DNA from: Euglena gracilis | Lineage: Eukaryota | Length of the DNA: 64,000 nt | Reading direction: 5' to 3' | Assembly: GCA_039621445.1 (NCBI GenBank) | Contig: CP154954.1 | Coordinates: 28,923,837 to 28,987,836, forward strand | In this document: positions 10,601 to 19,600 of the stretch, piece after piece | Layout: each line of letters opens with the position of its first letter | Position numbering within the stretch: position 1 is the first letter of the stretch | Position numbers and translations under genes: made by a program | The notes under the pieces: model-generated | The model's database searches: none | Told to the model about the DNA's origin: nothing | Seen by the model: only the letters and a program-made list of their open reading frames with translations

Positions 10601-11631
10601 AGGGGAAACAAATACAAAATCAAACCATTGACGATTTCCTGGGAAGAAACCCAAGTTTAAAGCGTTATCAAAGTGCTTTCACGCTTTTATGGGTGATTTT
10701 GGAGAAAAGGGGGATCCCCCCCCCTGAAGCCACCACTGACCAGGTGGCTGAAGCTTTGATTCAATTATTCCAATTCTCAAAGGCCCAGGCCCGTAATGCA
10801 TACAGTGCAATGCTTTTAATCCCTGGGTTTGGTGGTTTGAGGTTCCATGGAGTGTTAATGCCTTATAAAAGGCTTTGGAACCAGAATTTGGAGAAGTATG
10901 GGGCTTTTTGGGACCCCCTGCCAATCCTCCTGGGGCTGGCAAAGGAGCCTATGCCCACTGATATTTGTACATTGCGTACACAAATCATTTTTTGCTGTAG
11001 AATTCTCTGTTTATACCGTTCCTCTGATTTGGCCAATGTCAAGCGAACTACAAGCTTTTTGGGTAGGGCACCCTACATTAAGATCAAACGTAAAGGGCAG
11101 AAATTCCACAAGTGGGAGAGAGTTGTGTCTTTTCCCCAATGTCCACAAATCAGCCCTTTTCATTTAATGCTGTCTTATGTGGCAAGCACACGGTTTTACG
11201 TGAGACCTGGGGGCCCCCTTCTTCTTTCATTAAAACCCCCCTATAAACCCATAAGTGCTGACACAATTGCTTCCTTAACAAAAGATTTTTTGACCAGACA
11301 TGGGGTACCCCCCCAGGTGTGGGGGGCCCACTCCACCAGAGGGGCAGGGGTTGGTTTACTCAAAAAATTGGGCCTTTCTGCCCAAGAAGTTTGTGAAATT
11401 GGTCAGTGGAAGGGGGTTGAGGCTTTCACAGCACATTATCAAAGACTTGGTGCCCAAGGTGCCTTGGAAAATGCCCTGGCCCCCCTGATTTCAGTGCACA
11501 ATCTGGCCTCACAAGGGCAAAGTGCAGAGCCCGAGGTGTCTCGTACTCCCTCGAACAAAAGTGACCAGGGAGGAAGGGACACCGAGGGCGAAGCACAAAG
11601 ACCTTGTGAGCCCGACCCCCCCCGCCCGTAA
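7612..11631 (+). CDS. Overlapping ORF with long low-complexity N-terminus and C-terminal tyrosine recombinase (1339 aa)
   Basis: The C-terminal ~330 aa carry the YR catalytic residues R (CLYRSSDL), HxxR (HSTRG), W (GQW) and Y (AHYQR). The frame is open across the whole RT ORF. Confidence 0.9.
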   Translation: MINEFTKKWEVCCRREQPGAAVAAAAGEPERAVDSWRSVAIISPPTEISHNQSPPNDGHNLWTTVVRKTRRRKEIPDHYGQQSLGTGAQSKKRMGQKSHRGCPSQGPHWCPVTRAQPQQQWGRWNQGQGGGQGGQFNKQVPSGRGRKSLPPLPTPSNTPTPFRGKGGGHSSPPRFQVVLEGKISQPRPWRPEVSKGLGPRWPFKGLWQPYKGWTSTGPPEAKGQPHRGFVFNTFCPAPGGKGTPRGPSDGTGGRGRTPTSISSSCFKSPNQINKGGTLSGPPMVCKPTQSSWRRPDRQNRGSKPYGMYTNNKILQRGEQRGECMHIPPEYFSLSKGSSPRGPKGEMSNTPNPTPPESSNSTNKFHGGKMGRHPPASQAAKEPKMVAEKRPPSNMSINQRWHPTPLGKPTNIVHPPKTQSQLGPETGRKNSAGLPKIWIREVGGAWKHKTSNSLVFNFKTRGGKDKMAPNKRLQGTQSGVPSKTLQAGSHPAHFSSFGKGPLGSQNRSEGCIFSHPSQPGPKAIFKTSSGGANLGIPGRLFWPKHHASTFHVCHENIRKTVEEKGHPGFHIPGRHFVSCSHQTQFANSPKHSHQRFAEIRVQNQCPKINPGTNTNCKPSGLSTKFPGRKITGAPPKSQDNKKGTGQNCKKGVHFKKTVGCHFGPSKMQYNGPALFKGLHRLPCKFLSGKGHSPLGFKTLHFPRHKDPIKGNKNSAGYMGGQTLPPKCNKGVALRQQHSCLGGARHSNRKNYPGILERKLHFTHQRQRIKCCYQHSKKFKHTRGNNFLVSGQPGNLLLPDQRGGQKRPLQQNAKTIFQMVHGAQCKPTGKVGSLQRMPSRPNQQMGNGQGGLFTGPPTFSMAKTSAPKLYKPRNRPFCLPRQQKTATICGQVAPLGGQGGGCITMSTGQHGGSLCKPPLVSNSKIPAQIENVSTDNSFDGHPLLGFSHMVAPINKDESSRDPLPQNHPLQGYVHQLQGGQNATPQVAPSLHNLLRQILEGKQIQNQTIDDFLGRNPSLKRYQSAFTLLWVILEKRGIPPPEATTDQVAEALIQLFQFSKAQARNAYSAMLLIPGFGGLRFHGVLMPYKRLWNQNLEKYGAFWDPLPILLGLAKEPMPTDICTLRTQIIFCCRILCLYRSSDLANVKRTTSFLGRAPYIKIKRKGQKFHKWERVVSFPQCPQISPFHLMLSYVASTRFYVRPGGPLLLSLKPPYKPISADTIASLTKDFLTRHGVPPQVWGAHSTRGAGVGLLKKLGLSAQEVCEIGQWKGVEAFTAHYQRLGAQGALENALAPLISVHNLASQGQSAEPEVSRTPSNKSDQGGRDTEGEAQRPCEPDPPRP
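7619..10660 (+). CDS. DIRS polyprotein: reverse transcriptase, RNase H and Dam-like DNA N6-adenine methyltransferase (1013 aa)
   Basis: RT: WRLISDCRELN, KIDLKDAYFH, FGL..P, IYLDD, HLG. RNase H: HSDSS..WGG, HINVKEL, VDN, ADPISR. MTase: DLFAS, DAL, YANPPW. Confidence 0.95.
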   Translation: MNLQRNGKYAVDVNNLEQRWQLQLENLNVLSTVGGQWPSFPPQQKFPITNPPPMMATTCGQQWSERPEGGKRSQTTTGNKAWALVPNPRKGWGRNPTGDAQAKAHIGAQSPGHSPNSNGADGIKDKVVAKGANSTSKSPQGGAEKVYHPSPLHLTHPPLSGGKGGATAAPPDFKWSWKERFHSPGHGGQKYQRGLGQDGHSKGYGSHTRGGPPQAPQKLRGSPTGALYLTHSAQPQEEKGPPEAPLMEQGEGEGPPQVFLHHASNPPTKSTRGGPSVAPLWYVNQLNHHGGGQIGKTGAVSPMVCIPTTRSSREVSREESACTSPQNIFLFPRAQALGALRVKCPTPPTQPPQNHLIQQINSMEEKWGDTPLHHRLQKSLKWWQKNAPPATCRLIRDGIQPPWVNPPTLSTHPKPRANLDLKQAEKILQDYQKSGSVKLVEHGNTKHLIPWFLISKPEGEKTKWRLISDCRELNQEFQVKPFKLDHIQHIFPVLEKGHWAAKIDLKDAYFHIPVSQALRPYLRHQVGGQTWEFQAGCFGLNIMPQLFMSVMKTFEKLWRKRGIQVFIYLDDILLVAPTRHNLQIHLNTVIKDLLKSGFKINVQKSTLEPTQIVNHLGFQLNFQEGKLQVPPQKAKTIKRELGKIVKKEFISKRQLAAILGQVRCNIMALPFLRAFTDSLANFLVAKATAPWDSKHYISQDIKTQLREIKILLDTWGGRPFPQNATRELHSDSSTHAWGGLDIRTGKIIQEFWRENSILHINVKELSAAINTVKSLSTPGETISLSVDNQVTYYYLTKGGGRKDPFNKMLRPFFKWCMEHNVNLQVKWVPSKECLADPISRWEMDRGDYSLDPQLFQWLRHQLQNYINPETDLFASPGNKKLPQFVARWPHWEARGVDALQCPLDNMGDLYANPPWSVIQKFLPRLKMFPQTTVLMVTPYWDSATWWPQLIKMKVPGTPCLKITPYRGMFTNCRGDKMPPPRWPLLCIICSGKFWRGNKYKIKPLTISWEETQV
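11504..11610 (+). repeat. Internal complementary region (ICR) of copy C
   Basis: 11504-11540 is the reverse complement of the left end and 11541-11610 is the reverse complement of the right end (11839-11908). The junction GTGTC|TCGTAC is an antisense copy of the predicted circle junction. Confidence 0.93.
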
Positions 11632-11742
11632 AAGAAAATTTGTGTTCAATAGCCCTCGGTCAGAAAATGGGGGCCAGGGAGGGGGGAGGGGGGGGACGCC
11701 CCCCAGGGGAAAGAAGCCACGCCGCCAAGTCGGAGCAGCATC

Positions 11743-11908
11743 ATCAGCCAACTCCGGCGAGGCGGCACTAAGCAGAGACTCCTAACCCAACGCGTCATCA
11801 CAATCAAAACAACAAACCGCCGGCGAACAAGGCATGGCCTCACAAGGTCTTTGTGCTTCGCCCTCGGTGTCCCTTCCTCCCTGGTCACTTTTGTTCGAGG
11901 GAGTACGA
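11743..11908 (+). repeat. Right inverted terminal repeat plus 3' extension of copy C
   Basis: Complementary to the left ITR and to the ICR. Confidence 0.93.
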
Positions 11909-11979
11909 TTTTCTGCAAAACAATTGGGAGTTTGACAAGGGGACGGGAAGGGGGACGGGACGAATTTACATATATAAAA

Positions 11980-12100
11980 GGGACCCCCCCCCCCAAGGAC
12001 CCCCCAAGAAATTCTGGTTCAGGCATGCAGCCCAGCAACCCGCAGCAGCACGCCAACGAATCGTCCGACTCCATCTCCGAGACCGACTCGGGATTGAGTG
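11980..12100 (+). mobile_element. Fragment of the post-ICR region of a copy-A-like DIRS element
   Basis: CCCCCCAAGAAATTCTGGTTCA..CAGCAACCCGC..GTCCGACTCCATCTCCGAG resembles 1360-1450. Confidence 0.6.
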
Positions 12101-12899
12101 GTGCGTCATGATACAAAATACATTGCGATGGCCATTTGCAACTATAATTTACATACCACGTGTGGAAGATAAAGGTACTGCTTCTCGAGGCTTCTGAAAC
12201 CACATCCCCAAGATTCGCTCTCCTGTGCCAGAGGCATAGTTGAATGGTTTGGCAACTGTTGATGAAAAACAAACATTTCAGATTCTCAAATGGATCAAAC
12301 GTGCCATCCAATGCATTCTGGGGGAAATTGTGTTGTGCTTGGAAGCAAACAAAACGTATGCAGGTTGCAAGATTGTCAGCGAAATGAGAATGAATGATCC
12401 AACTTCTCGAACAACAGCAACAAACAGAAGACAACACACAAAACCTATAAAAGTTTTCAGAGGGCAATTGAAAGAAAATTTATCTGGGACCACATTTTCC
12501 CAAAATCGCAACAACTAAGTGCAAAGAATCAAAATTGTCTGAGTCGAGAAAGAAAGCATGAATTATTACAATGAAAAGAATTCTGCTGCTATTATGAACG
12601 ATTATTTTTCATTCACATGGACGTGATGGTCCTGATTATCACACACACACACATCATCTCAAGCAAATATTACACATTCAAAAACATATACTTTAACGAA
12701 GTTTAACTGCATTCTAATCTCAATGGCAGGATGAAAGAAATACAAACTCATGATGAAGAATTTTTATCTGGAAATGTGCCACCCCTCTATGGGTGTGGAA
12801 AACGGGATAGATGTGGGCAAGCACCTGTAAAGTTCTGTAGCATTGTGGAATGTTGGAAAACCCTGATTAGTTTTCCCTCAGATGTTCGTTTGGAGCTCC

Positions 12900-14945
12900 T
12901 TTCTTTTTAGGGACAGATCCCCCCCATGTCTGAGCACCACACTCCAGCAGAGGTTTTTCCAGGGCCCGGTGGTCCAGACCCACCCACCAACCGCCTGGGG
13001 AAGCAGAAAAATGCAACCCAGTGGGTTGTATCCCTCATTCAAAATGGTGTTCAGCCAGACCATGTCTACCCCATTCACCACCACCCCTTTCAACAAGACA
13101 ACAGCAAAAATCACACTGGATTCAGAAATCCTGAGGGAGTAAACCCCCCCAAATAATACCCCCCCCCCAAATAATACCCCCCCCCAAATAATACCCCCCC
13201 CTTGGGGTCCGACTTCGGCCGCCGAAATAATACCCCCCCCCCTGGTTTCGGGCCGAAGGCCCGGATTTTTGACCTGAAAATGTAGGTAAAAATCACAATT
13301 TCTGACAACAAATTATGAAAAAAAAAATGGATTTTTTTGGCTCATCTGACCTCCAAAAATGGTAAATTTCACAAGAAAGTGCAAAAAATGACCCCAAAGG
13401 TCGGTTTTGGGTGCTATTTTGGGTTTTACGGGACTTCGAAAAATTTCGAAAATTTTGGAAAAATAATACCCCCCCCAAATAATACCCCCCCCCTCGGGCC
13501 GGGACTTCGGGCGAAAAAATAATACCCCGGGGGGGGGGGGTATTATTTGGGGGGGGGGGGTTACCAACAAAATGGGACAACCAAAAAGTTGGAGAATGCC
13601 TCAGGAACTGAACTGCCCATTTGGTACCCTGGTTTGTGTTGTCCAGAAGGGGAGGGTGTCAAACATCGACTTATCACAGATCGGCAAGATCTGAATCACT
13701 GTCCAAAAAGGGAAACATTTCCACCACTTTCCCCACTTTGAAAAAAAGGGGACTGGGCAGTGAAACTGGATTTAAAAGATGCATATTTTCATCTGGGTCT
13801 GGAAAACAATTTCAAAAAAATTGTCAGAATTCAGACGTGTGGGAGTTTCAGGGGGCTTTTTTTGGCCTAAGCACACTCCCAAAACTGTTCATGTCATTGA
13901 TGAAAGTCCTTCAAAAACTTTGGAGATCAGAGGGATTGCAAATATTCGTCTATTTGGACGACACCAATCCGTTTGGTTCAACAGAACATTTGGTCAAAAA
14001 GCGTTTGTTAAACATGCTGAACACCCTGGGGGAGGCTGGGTTCAAGATCAGGCAGAAAAAGTCTATTTTCACCCTCAGGAAAAGGGTTGGGATTTCTGAA
14101 TCCACATCCAACAAAAGTTGAAGGAGGAAGTCAAAATCCAAATTTTAAAAGTGTACCTGCAGGCAGGGCTTGGCAGGCCCTTTCTTCAACAGGCAAAAGG
14201 GGTGCTCCATTCAGACTCCATCACTTGGGTGGTGGATTTCTCCCAGAACAAATCCATCCAAGAATTCTGGAGGGAGAAATAATTGAGATTAAGAAAGAAT
14301 TGCCTGCACATAACTGTAAAGGAATTGATGGCTGCAATTTGCAAAGCCTGGAGAAACAGTGCTACTAAATGTAGACGGTCAGGTGCCCGCCCCCCAACCC
14401 CCGACCGTCATACACCCCCCGCAACCTGCAACCCCCGACCGGGGGGTGGCCGTGCCGCTTGGGGCCAAAACAAAACCAAAAGATTAAACAGAGAAATGCC
14501 TTTTGGTGACACCCATGTGGGTTTCCCGTCCATGGTGGCCCCTATTAATCAAAACATCAAAACCTGGGACAAAAATGTCGGTCATACCCCCCAGGGGGGA
14601 ATGTTCAAAAATTGTTGGGGACAATCAATGCCAAAGCCAACGTGGCCCCTGGCTTGCACGATAGTATTAGGTTCCTTTGGAACGGCAGAAAGTGCCACAT
14701 CAAGACAATGACAATGTCCTGAGAACTTTGGGACCTCTGAAGCGTTATGACAGTGGGTTCAGAAAAAAATTGTCATTTTGCAGCTAAAAGGTTTGGAGCC
14801 CTTGCAATTATCCAGACAGGAGTTAGGAGTTGGCCTCTGCATTGTTGGACCTGCACAAACTTTCACAAGCTGATGCTCGCTGTGTGTATGCCTCCCTCCA
14901 GTATCTACCTGGGTTGGAGTCCATTTGCTTTCATCCTTTACTACC
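12900..14945 (+). pseudogene. Highly degenerate DIRS relic of a divergent subfamily (RT/RH/MT and start of YR)
   Basis: Fragments KHRLITD, VKLDLKDAYFHL, FGLSTLPKLFMSLMKVLQKLWR..IFVYLDD, LHITVKEL, GMFKNCWGQSMPKPTWPL. Many frameshifts and insertions. Confidence 0.85.
13142..13561. mobile_element. TA-TSD MITE inside the DIRS relic
   Basis: TIRs ACCCCCCCAAATAATACCCC / GGGGTATTATTTGGGGGGGGT flanked by TA. Removing it restores the frame CTG AGG GAG TAC CAA CAA (LREYQQ). Confidence 0.8.
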
Positions 14946-16555
14946 TCCCCCCCCCCTTGTCCAACGACCACCAATGTTCGTCTCCGACCGGGGGGGCGGT
15001 CGCTAAAATGGCCAATGTTCGTCTCCGACCAGGGGGGGTGGTCGTTAGACAAGGGGGGTGGACCCCAAATCGGAGGAAAATTTACCATAGATAGGGGTAT
15101 ATGGCCATTTTTGGGCTGTTTTTGGCCATGTATGCTATTTCTTGACTGCGGCTGGCCACTTTTGGCCATTTTTGGACATTTTTGGGGCACTTTTGGGAAT
15201 TTTTGGGCATTTTTGACCGCTTTTCGCCATGTTTGGTCGCTTTTGGTCACTTTTGGCAACTGTTGGCCACACTTTGGCCCACTTTGCCCATTTTTGGCCA
15301 CTTTAGGCTGTTTGTGGCTACTTTTGGCCATTTTTGCCTTATTTTTGCTACTTTTGGCTACTTTTTGGGTACTTTCCTTTTGGCCATCCTTTGGCCATTT
15401 TAGGCCATTTTGGTAACAAAAGTCCAAAGGGAGTGGAAGCGTCCTGTTCAGAGGCGTGCTGCCTTTTGGGACCCCCTGCCCATTTTGAAGAAATTGCAGA
15501 GTCAGTGTCTGACATGCACATTTCAGAGCTCAGGTGGAAGCTTGCAATTTTTTGAATAATTGTGGACGATTTTAAAAGTGCTTTTCACCCTGCCATTTGA
15601 AATGAAATTGAAAGATCGTCAATGGTTTGACAGTGCTGAACCATAATGCTCTTCTGAAGTCTCTGATATTGTGACTCCGATACTGTCAGGAGGTCTGAAA
15701 TTATACGCGTTGTCCTTAATGGTTGGAATAAAACCCCGTAGTACTACATTTCTTCTCAAGATCGGGTCGGTATCATTGAGGGGAGGGTGGTATTTGTTTA
15801 TTTCTAGTGATGGCGTAAAGTGGAACCCCCACAGTACCCTACAAAACTGTGGGGTGCCCCACACCCCTCCAACTGGCATCCCACACTCACCCCCCATACT
15901 CACTCACTCACTCACTTTCTATTTGGGGGAGGGTTGTTTTTTTGTGGGGGGTTGTTATTTGGGGGGGGGGCTTCTAATGGGGGGGTTTACAAGGTGTTGT
16001 CCAAAACAAACAAACATCAATGAAGGCTGCCTTTTTTGTATTTCAGAGACTGTGCCCAGCATTTAAATTATGCCATAAACACGCACATCCCTCCACGTAT
16101 GGCAAAAAGTGGAGCCCCCACAGTCGAGTGTGGGGTACTGTGGGGCCCCTCGGATTTCCCGCCAAAAATCCAAACAACAGCCCCCCCCCCCCCACGACAA
16201 AGTTGACCAAAATTCTTCCGAAAAAGGGTGAAAAACTGTAAAAAGCTCCATGAGAACAGGTCGAAATCAGGAACCAGATTGATATCTGCCTTGAAATATG
16301 GCCTATCCACCCAAAACTCGAAAAAAACGCGTCGTGCAAATTTTAAATTAGGATCCTGTTCGATCCCCGGATCAGCCGCCGGCCGAAGGTTTTCTTTTAG
16401 ACAAAGGGTATCCAATTAGAAGCCCCCCCCTCAGGTTTTCCGCAGAGTGACCAAATAGTAGCCCCGGGGGCTTCTAATTGGGGGGGTTAAAGAATTCTGT
16501 GACATTTTAAGGTGTTATTTGAGGAATATTATTTGGGGGGGACGGGGCACAGGTG

Positions 16556-16625
16556 CTTGTACACGAGCTTTGATCTGCATCTCCTTCATATATCGGTCAG
16601 TTGCCATACGAGCGCCAATCCAGTT
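16556..16625 (-). CDS. TylF-like exon (NWIGARMATDRYMKEMQIKARVQ)
   Basis: Matches the post-DDY helix (R.A.D.Y). The 5' junction is supported by the CTGGCTTT/AAAGTCAG stem. Confidence 0.8.
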
Positions 16626-19600
16626 TGTCCCTGACTTTCTCCGGGCACATTTGGGGCAGGACAAATCAGAGATGAACTGACAAAAAACCGAACCGAACAA
16701 GCCTTCTGGGATGTTGTGAACAATACTAAAAAACAATATTCAGTATCATTTTTGTTGCTGGGCTCGGGCTCGAAATTTGGGCTGGCTAGAAATTTGGGCT
16801 GGTCAGCACCGCCCTGGGGGGTAGGGGGGTGGGGCTGAACCCCGGCTGGACCTGGCCGGTCCAAGCTAGGCCGAAATGGGGCAATTGCCCAAAAAATGAC
16901 CTGCAAAAAGCATTTTTTTTTAAAAAAATGAGCATCCGAGAACCCCGCAAAAAATACCCCAAAACATCATTTTGGCCATTTTTGAACACATTTTTTAAAA
17001 TAAAAAAAAACGGCTGGACCCTCCAAAAAAGGGCTGGCTAGCAGGGCTAACACCCCCCCCCCCCCCCCGGGGGGGGGCTGCTGCGGCTGGGCTGGGCCAA
17101 AATCAGGGCTGGCTGCAGGAGCCCCTGGGTGCTCAGGAGGGGAGGGGGCGGGGAAGGAACCCTCACCACCTGCCCAAAAAGGAAGGGCTTTCCATCAGGG
17201 AATTTTTGAAGGGGACCAGCCTGCCGGCTGGAGAAAGGTGCTGGCTGGGGGGGAAAGCTGATGTCTGGACCCCCGTTCCCTCCCTCAGGAGATGGGGAAC
17301 CGGAGGGGTGGGTCTGGCTGGCTGCTAGGCTGGACCCAGCTGGTACCCAAAAACGAACAAAAGAACAAATCCAGCTGGTTTAGACTTTTCCAGCCAAAAA
17401 TTTTGAGGTGAAAAGGTAAAGTGACCTTCAGCTCCAGAAATTCTCTGCTTGCCATACATCCCTGCCTCTCTGAGGACCAACGTTGACTGCCAAATAACAA
17501 TCCCGCAACTGCATGACAATGAGCCAACACAAACTAAGAAGCAAATTCAACAGAAACATATGATACTCACAAATGGGTGATGGAAAAAAGAGCATTTACT
17601 GTGGAAAGAAATCTGAAACTACTGACCCTGTATGACGCTCAATAACAATTGTAATTTCTACAGAGAAAAGAATACAGAAAATGATCCAAAGAATGATACA
17701 AAATGTTCTCTGATAAGGCATTTGCTTTGAATGCTTTTCCGGGCCGTTTATTTTCCAAATTTTACCAAAAAAGCAAATTATGCGAGATATTATGCGGTCT
17801 GCACTCCCCCCCCCCCGCCTGCTGTAAGGAAAGAGGGGTTATGTTCAGATGACGAGGTTGGAAAACCTTCCCCAGAAACCAGGAGCATTGGAGAACAAAT
17901 AAAATGTGGGCACATTCACAAAATAAAAAAGAGATTAGGGACAAAAAAAACCCATAAAATATGGTCACCGACAAGGGAGCACAAAAAAGAATGTGACTGA
18001 TTCAAGGACGTTTTGTTTCTAATGATAACAACCGACATAAGGAAGTTTGAAAAGAAGGAGGAGGCTACTCATCATAAGAACTGCTTGTCCTTTAGATTTC
18101 TCAGTGGTGGGTTGAGACATGGGCAAAGCCAGATCCCAGTAATCATCCACAATAACGTATCCCCCAGGGGACAAGAAAGGATAGAGAGGGGGCCGGAACT
18201 GGAGCACACCTCTCCCGCCTGTCTGTCACCTCTCCCAGAAAGAGCAAACAAGACTTGCAGGCCTACCCAAGGAAAAAGGGGGAACTGCTGGGAAAGCGGG
18301 AACAGGGGAATGATTGATTTTCAACCGTAAAAACAGGCAAAAAGAAAACCCAACCCAACACCCAACACTGCATTTTGTGCACTGTTTCACAGGAAATGTG
18401 CTGAAATCAGACAAAACCACAACAAACCAAACAGCGAGCCGGTCATCCCCTGGCGAGCCCCACCAGCCAGCCTGGGGGGGGGGGGGGGGACACACACAGC
18501 GCAGTGAGTGACAGTTTCCAACAAACACCCACTCCCAATCCGCAGGAGTTTCCCCGAAAAGATTAAAAGAGATATAGGGTCGCACCACCATCTTTCAGAA
18601 TTCCAAAAGCAAACCAGCCATCACGACAATGAGCCCCATCCCGATAAGACAAACGACTCATAAACGCTCTCATACAAATCTCCATCGAGACGAATGACAG
18701 CAAAAGAGGTCCAGCGGGTCACCTGTGATCAAGTTCATGGTGCGTGTCTATAGAATACAAGGTCCAGATAGCAAAAATACACACTGGAGATGGGGTTTGC
18801 GGGACACAGAGGGATTGCTGAAATATGGCAAACGGTAAACAGAAGAAATGTCATTTAGGCTCAATCAAAGAAAGAGTAGGAGGGAAAGGGGTGAGGACAA
18901 ATATCGCAGGTGAGGACAGAAATATGTTACTTAAGCGGTGTAAAAAGTGACTTCACTGCAAAAAGTGGTGATTGAATGTGTTTCTTCACAATAGTGAGTG
19001 TAAACATATGCGAGTATTTATTTATTGCCAAAGAAATGTTTTTGAAAATGCTATGAATCTGAACATGGTGAGGAGAACAAGTGACTTTATTCCTTCTTTG
19101 CTTTGGGCAAGGTCTCGTTGAAATACCCAGGAAGCCATTTTACGCTTTCGCCAAGGAGGCGATTCCAGGCCACCTGGCCTGTTGAATCCCCACCACAGAG
19201 CATTTTGGCCCAGATTCCAGGCGCCAGCACAGAAAACGAACGTCCCTCCGGTGACCAACTCAAAGTGGGGGAAAAGCAAAGTGGAAAACCTGAAACAGGA
19301 CATTTTTTGCTGCTGCTGCAGTGAGAATATACACTCCTCTCCGAGCACGGGGAATTTTCATGTTCTGGGCTCCAGCCTGGTTCAGCCAGCTCAACCTCCC
19401 CCCATCATGCAATAACGGGCGGGGGGGGGGGGGTCCACCTTCCGATTTCAAAAAAGTCAATCAGCGTTGGAGGTGAAACTGTTAGTATTGGTAAAAATCC
19501 CTTAAAAGGTTTGAAAATTGTCTCCGGCGGTTGGCACCGTTCGCACAAATGTGAGAAAACTATTCCTGGAGCCCCAAACCAAAACAGCACTGAACCGCAA

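Larger units (their letters stand above)
7327..11908 (+). mobile_element. DIRS-like YR retrotransposon copy C, apparently intact (~4.58 kb)
   Basis: Left ITR 7327-7457, ICR 11504-11610, right ITR plus extension 11743-11908, and two uninterrupted overlapping ORFs with RT, RNase H, MTase and YR motifs. Confidence 0.95.

Noticed and set aside
11646-12467. 273-aa minus-strand ORF
   Set aside because: It crosses the right ITR of copy C and unrelated flanking DNA and has no motifs. A small host exon near 12110-12230 cannot be excluded but is unsupported.
14759-15427. ORFs in TTTTGGCCA-type low-complexity DNA (also 41620-42450 and the poly-G/poly-P ORFs at 30.2 and 50.2-51.6 kb)
   Set aside because: The frames are open because of the repeat composition.
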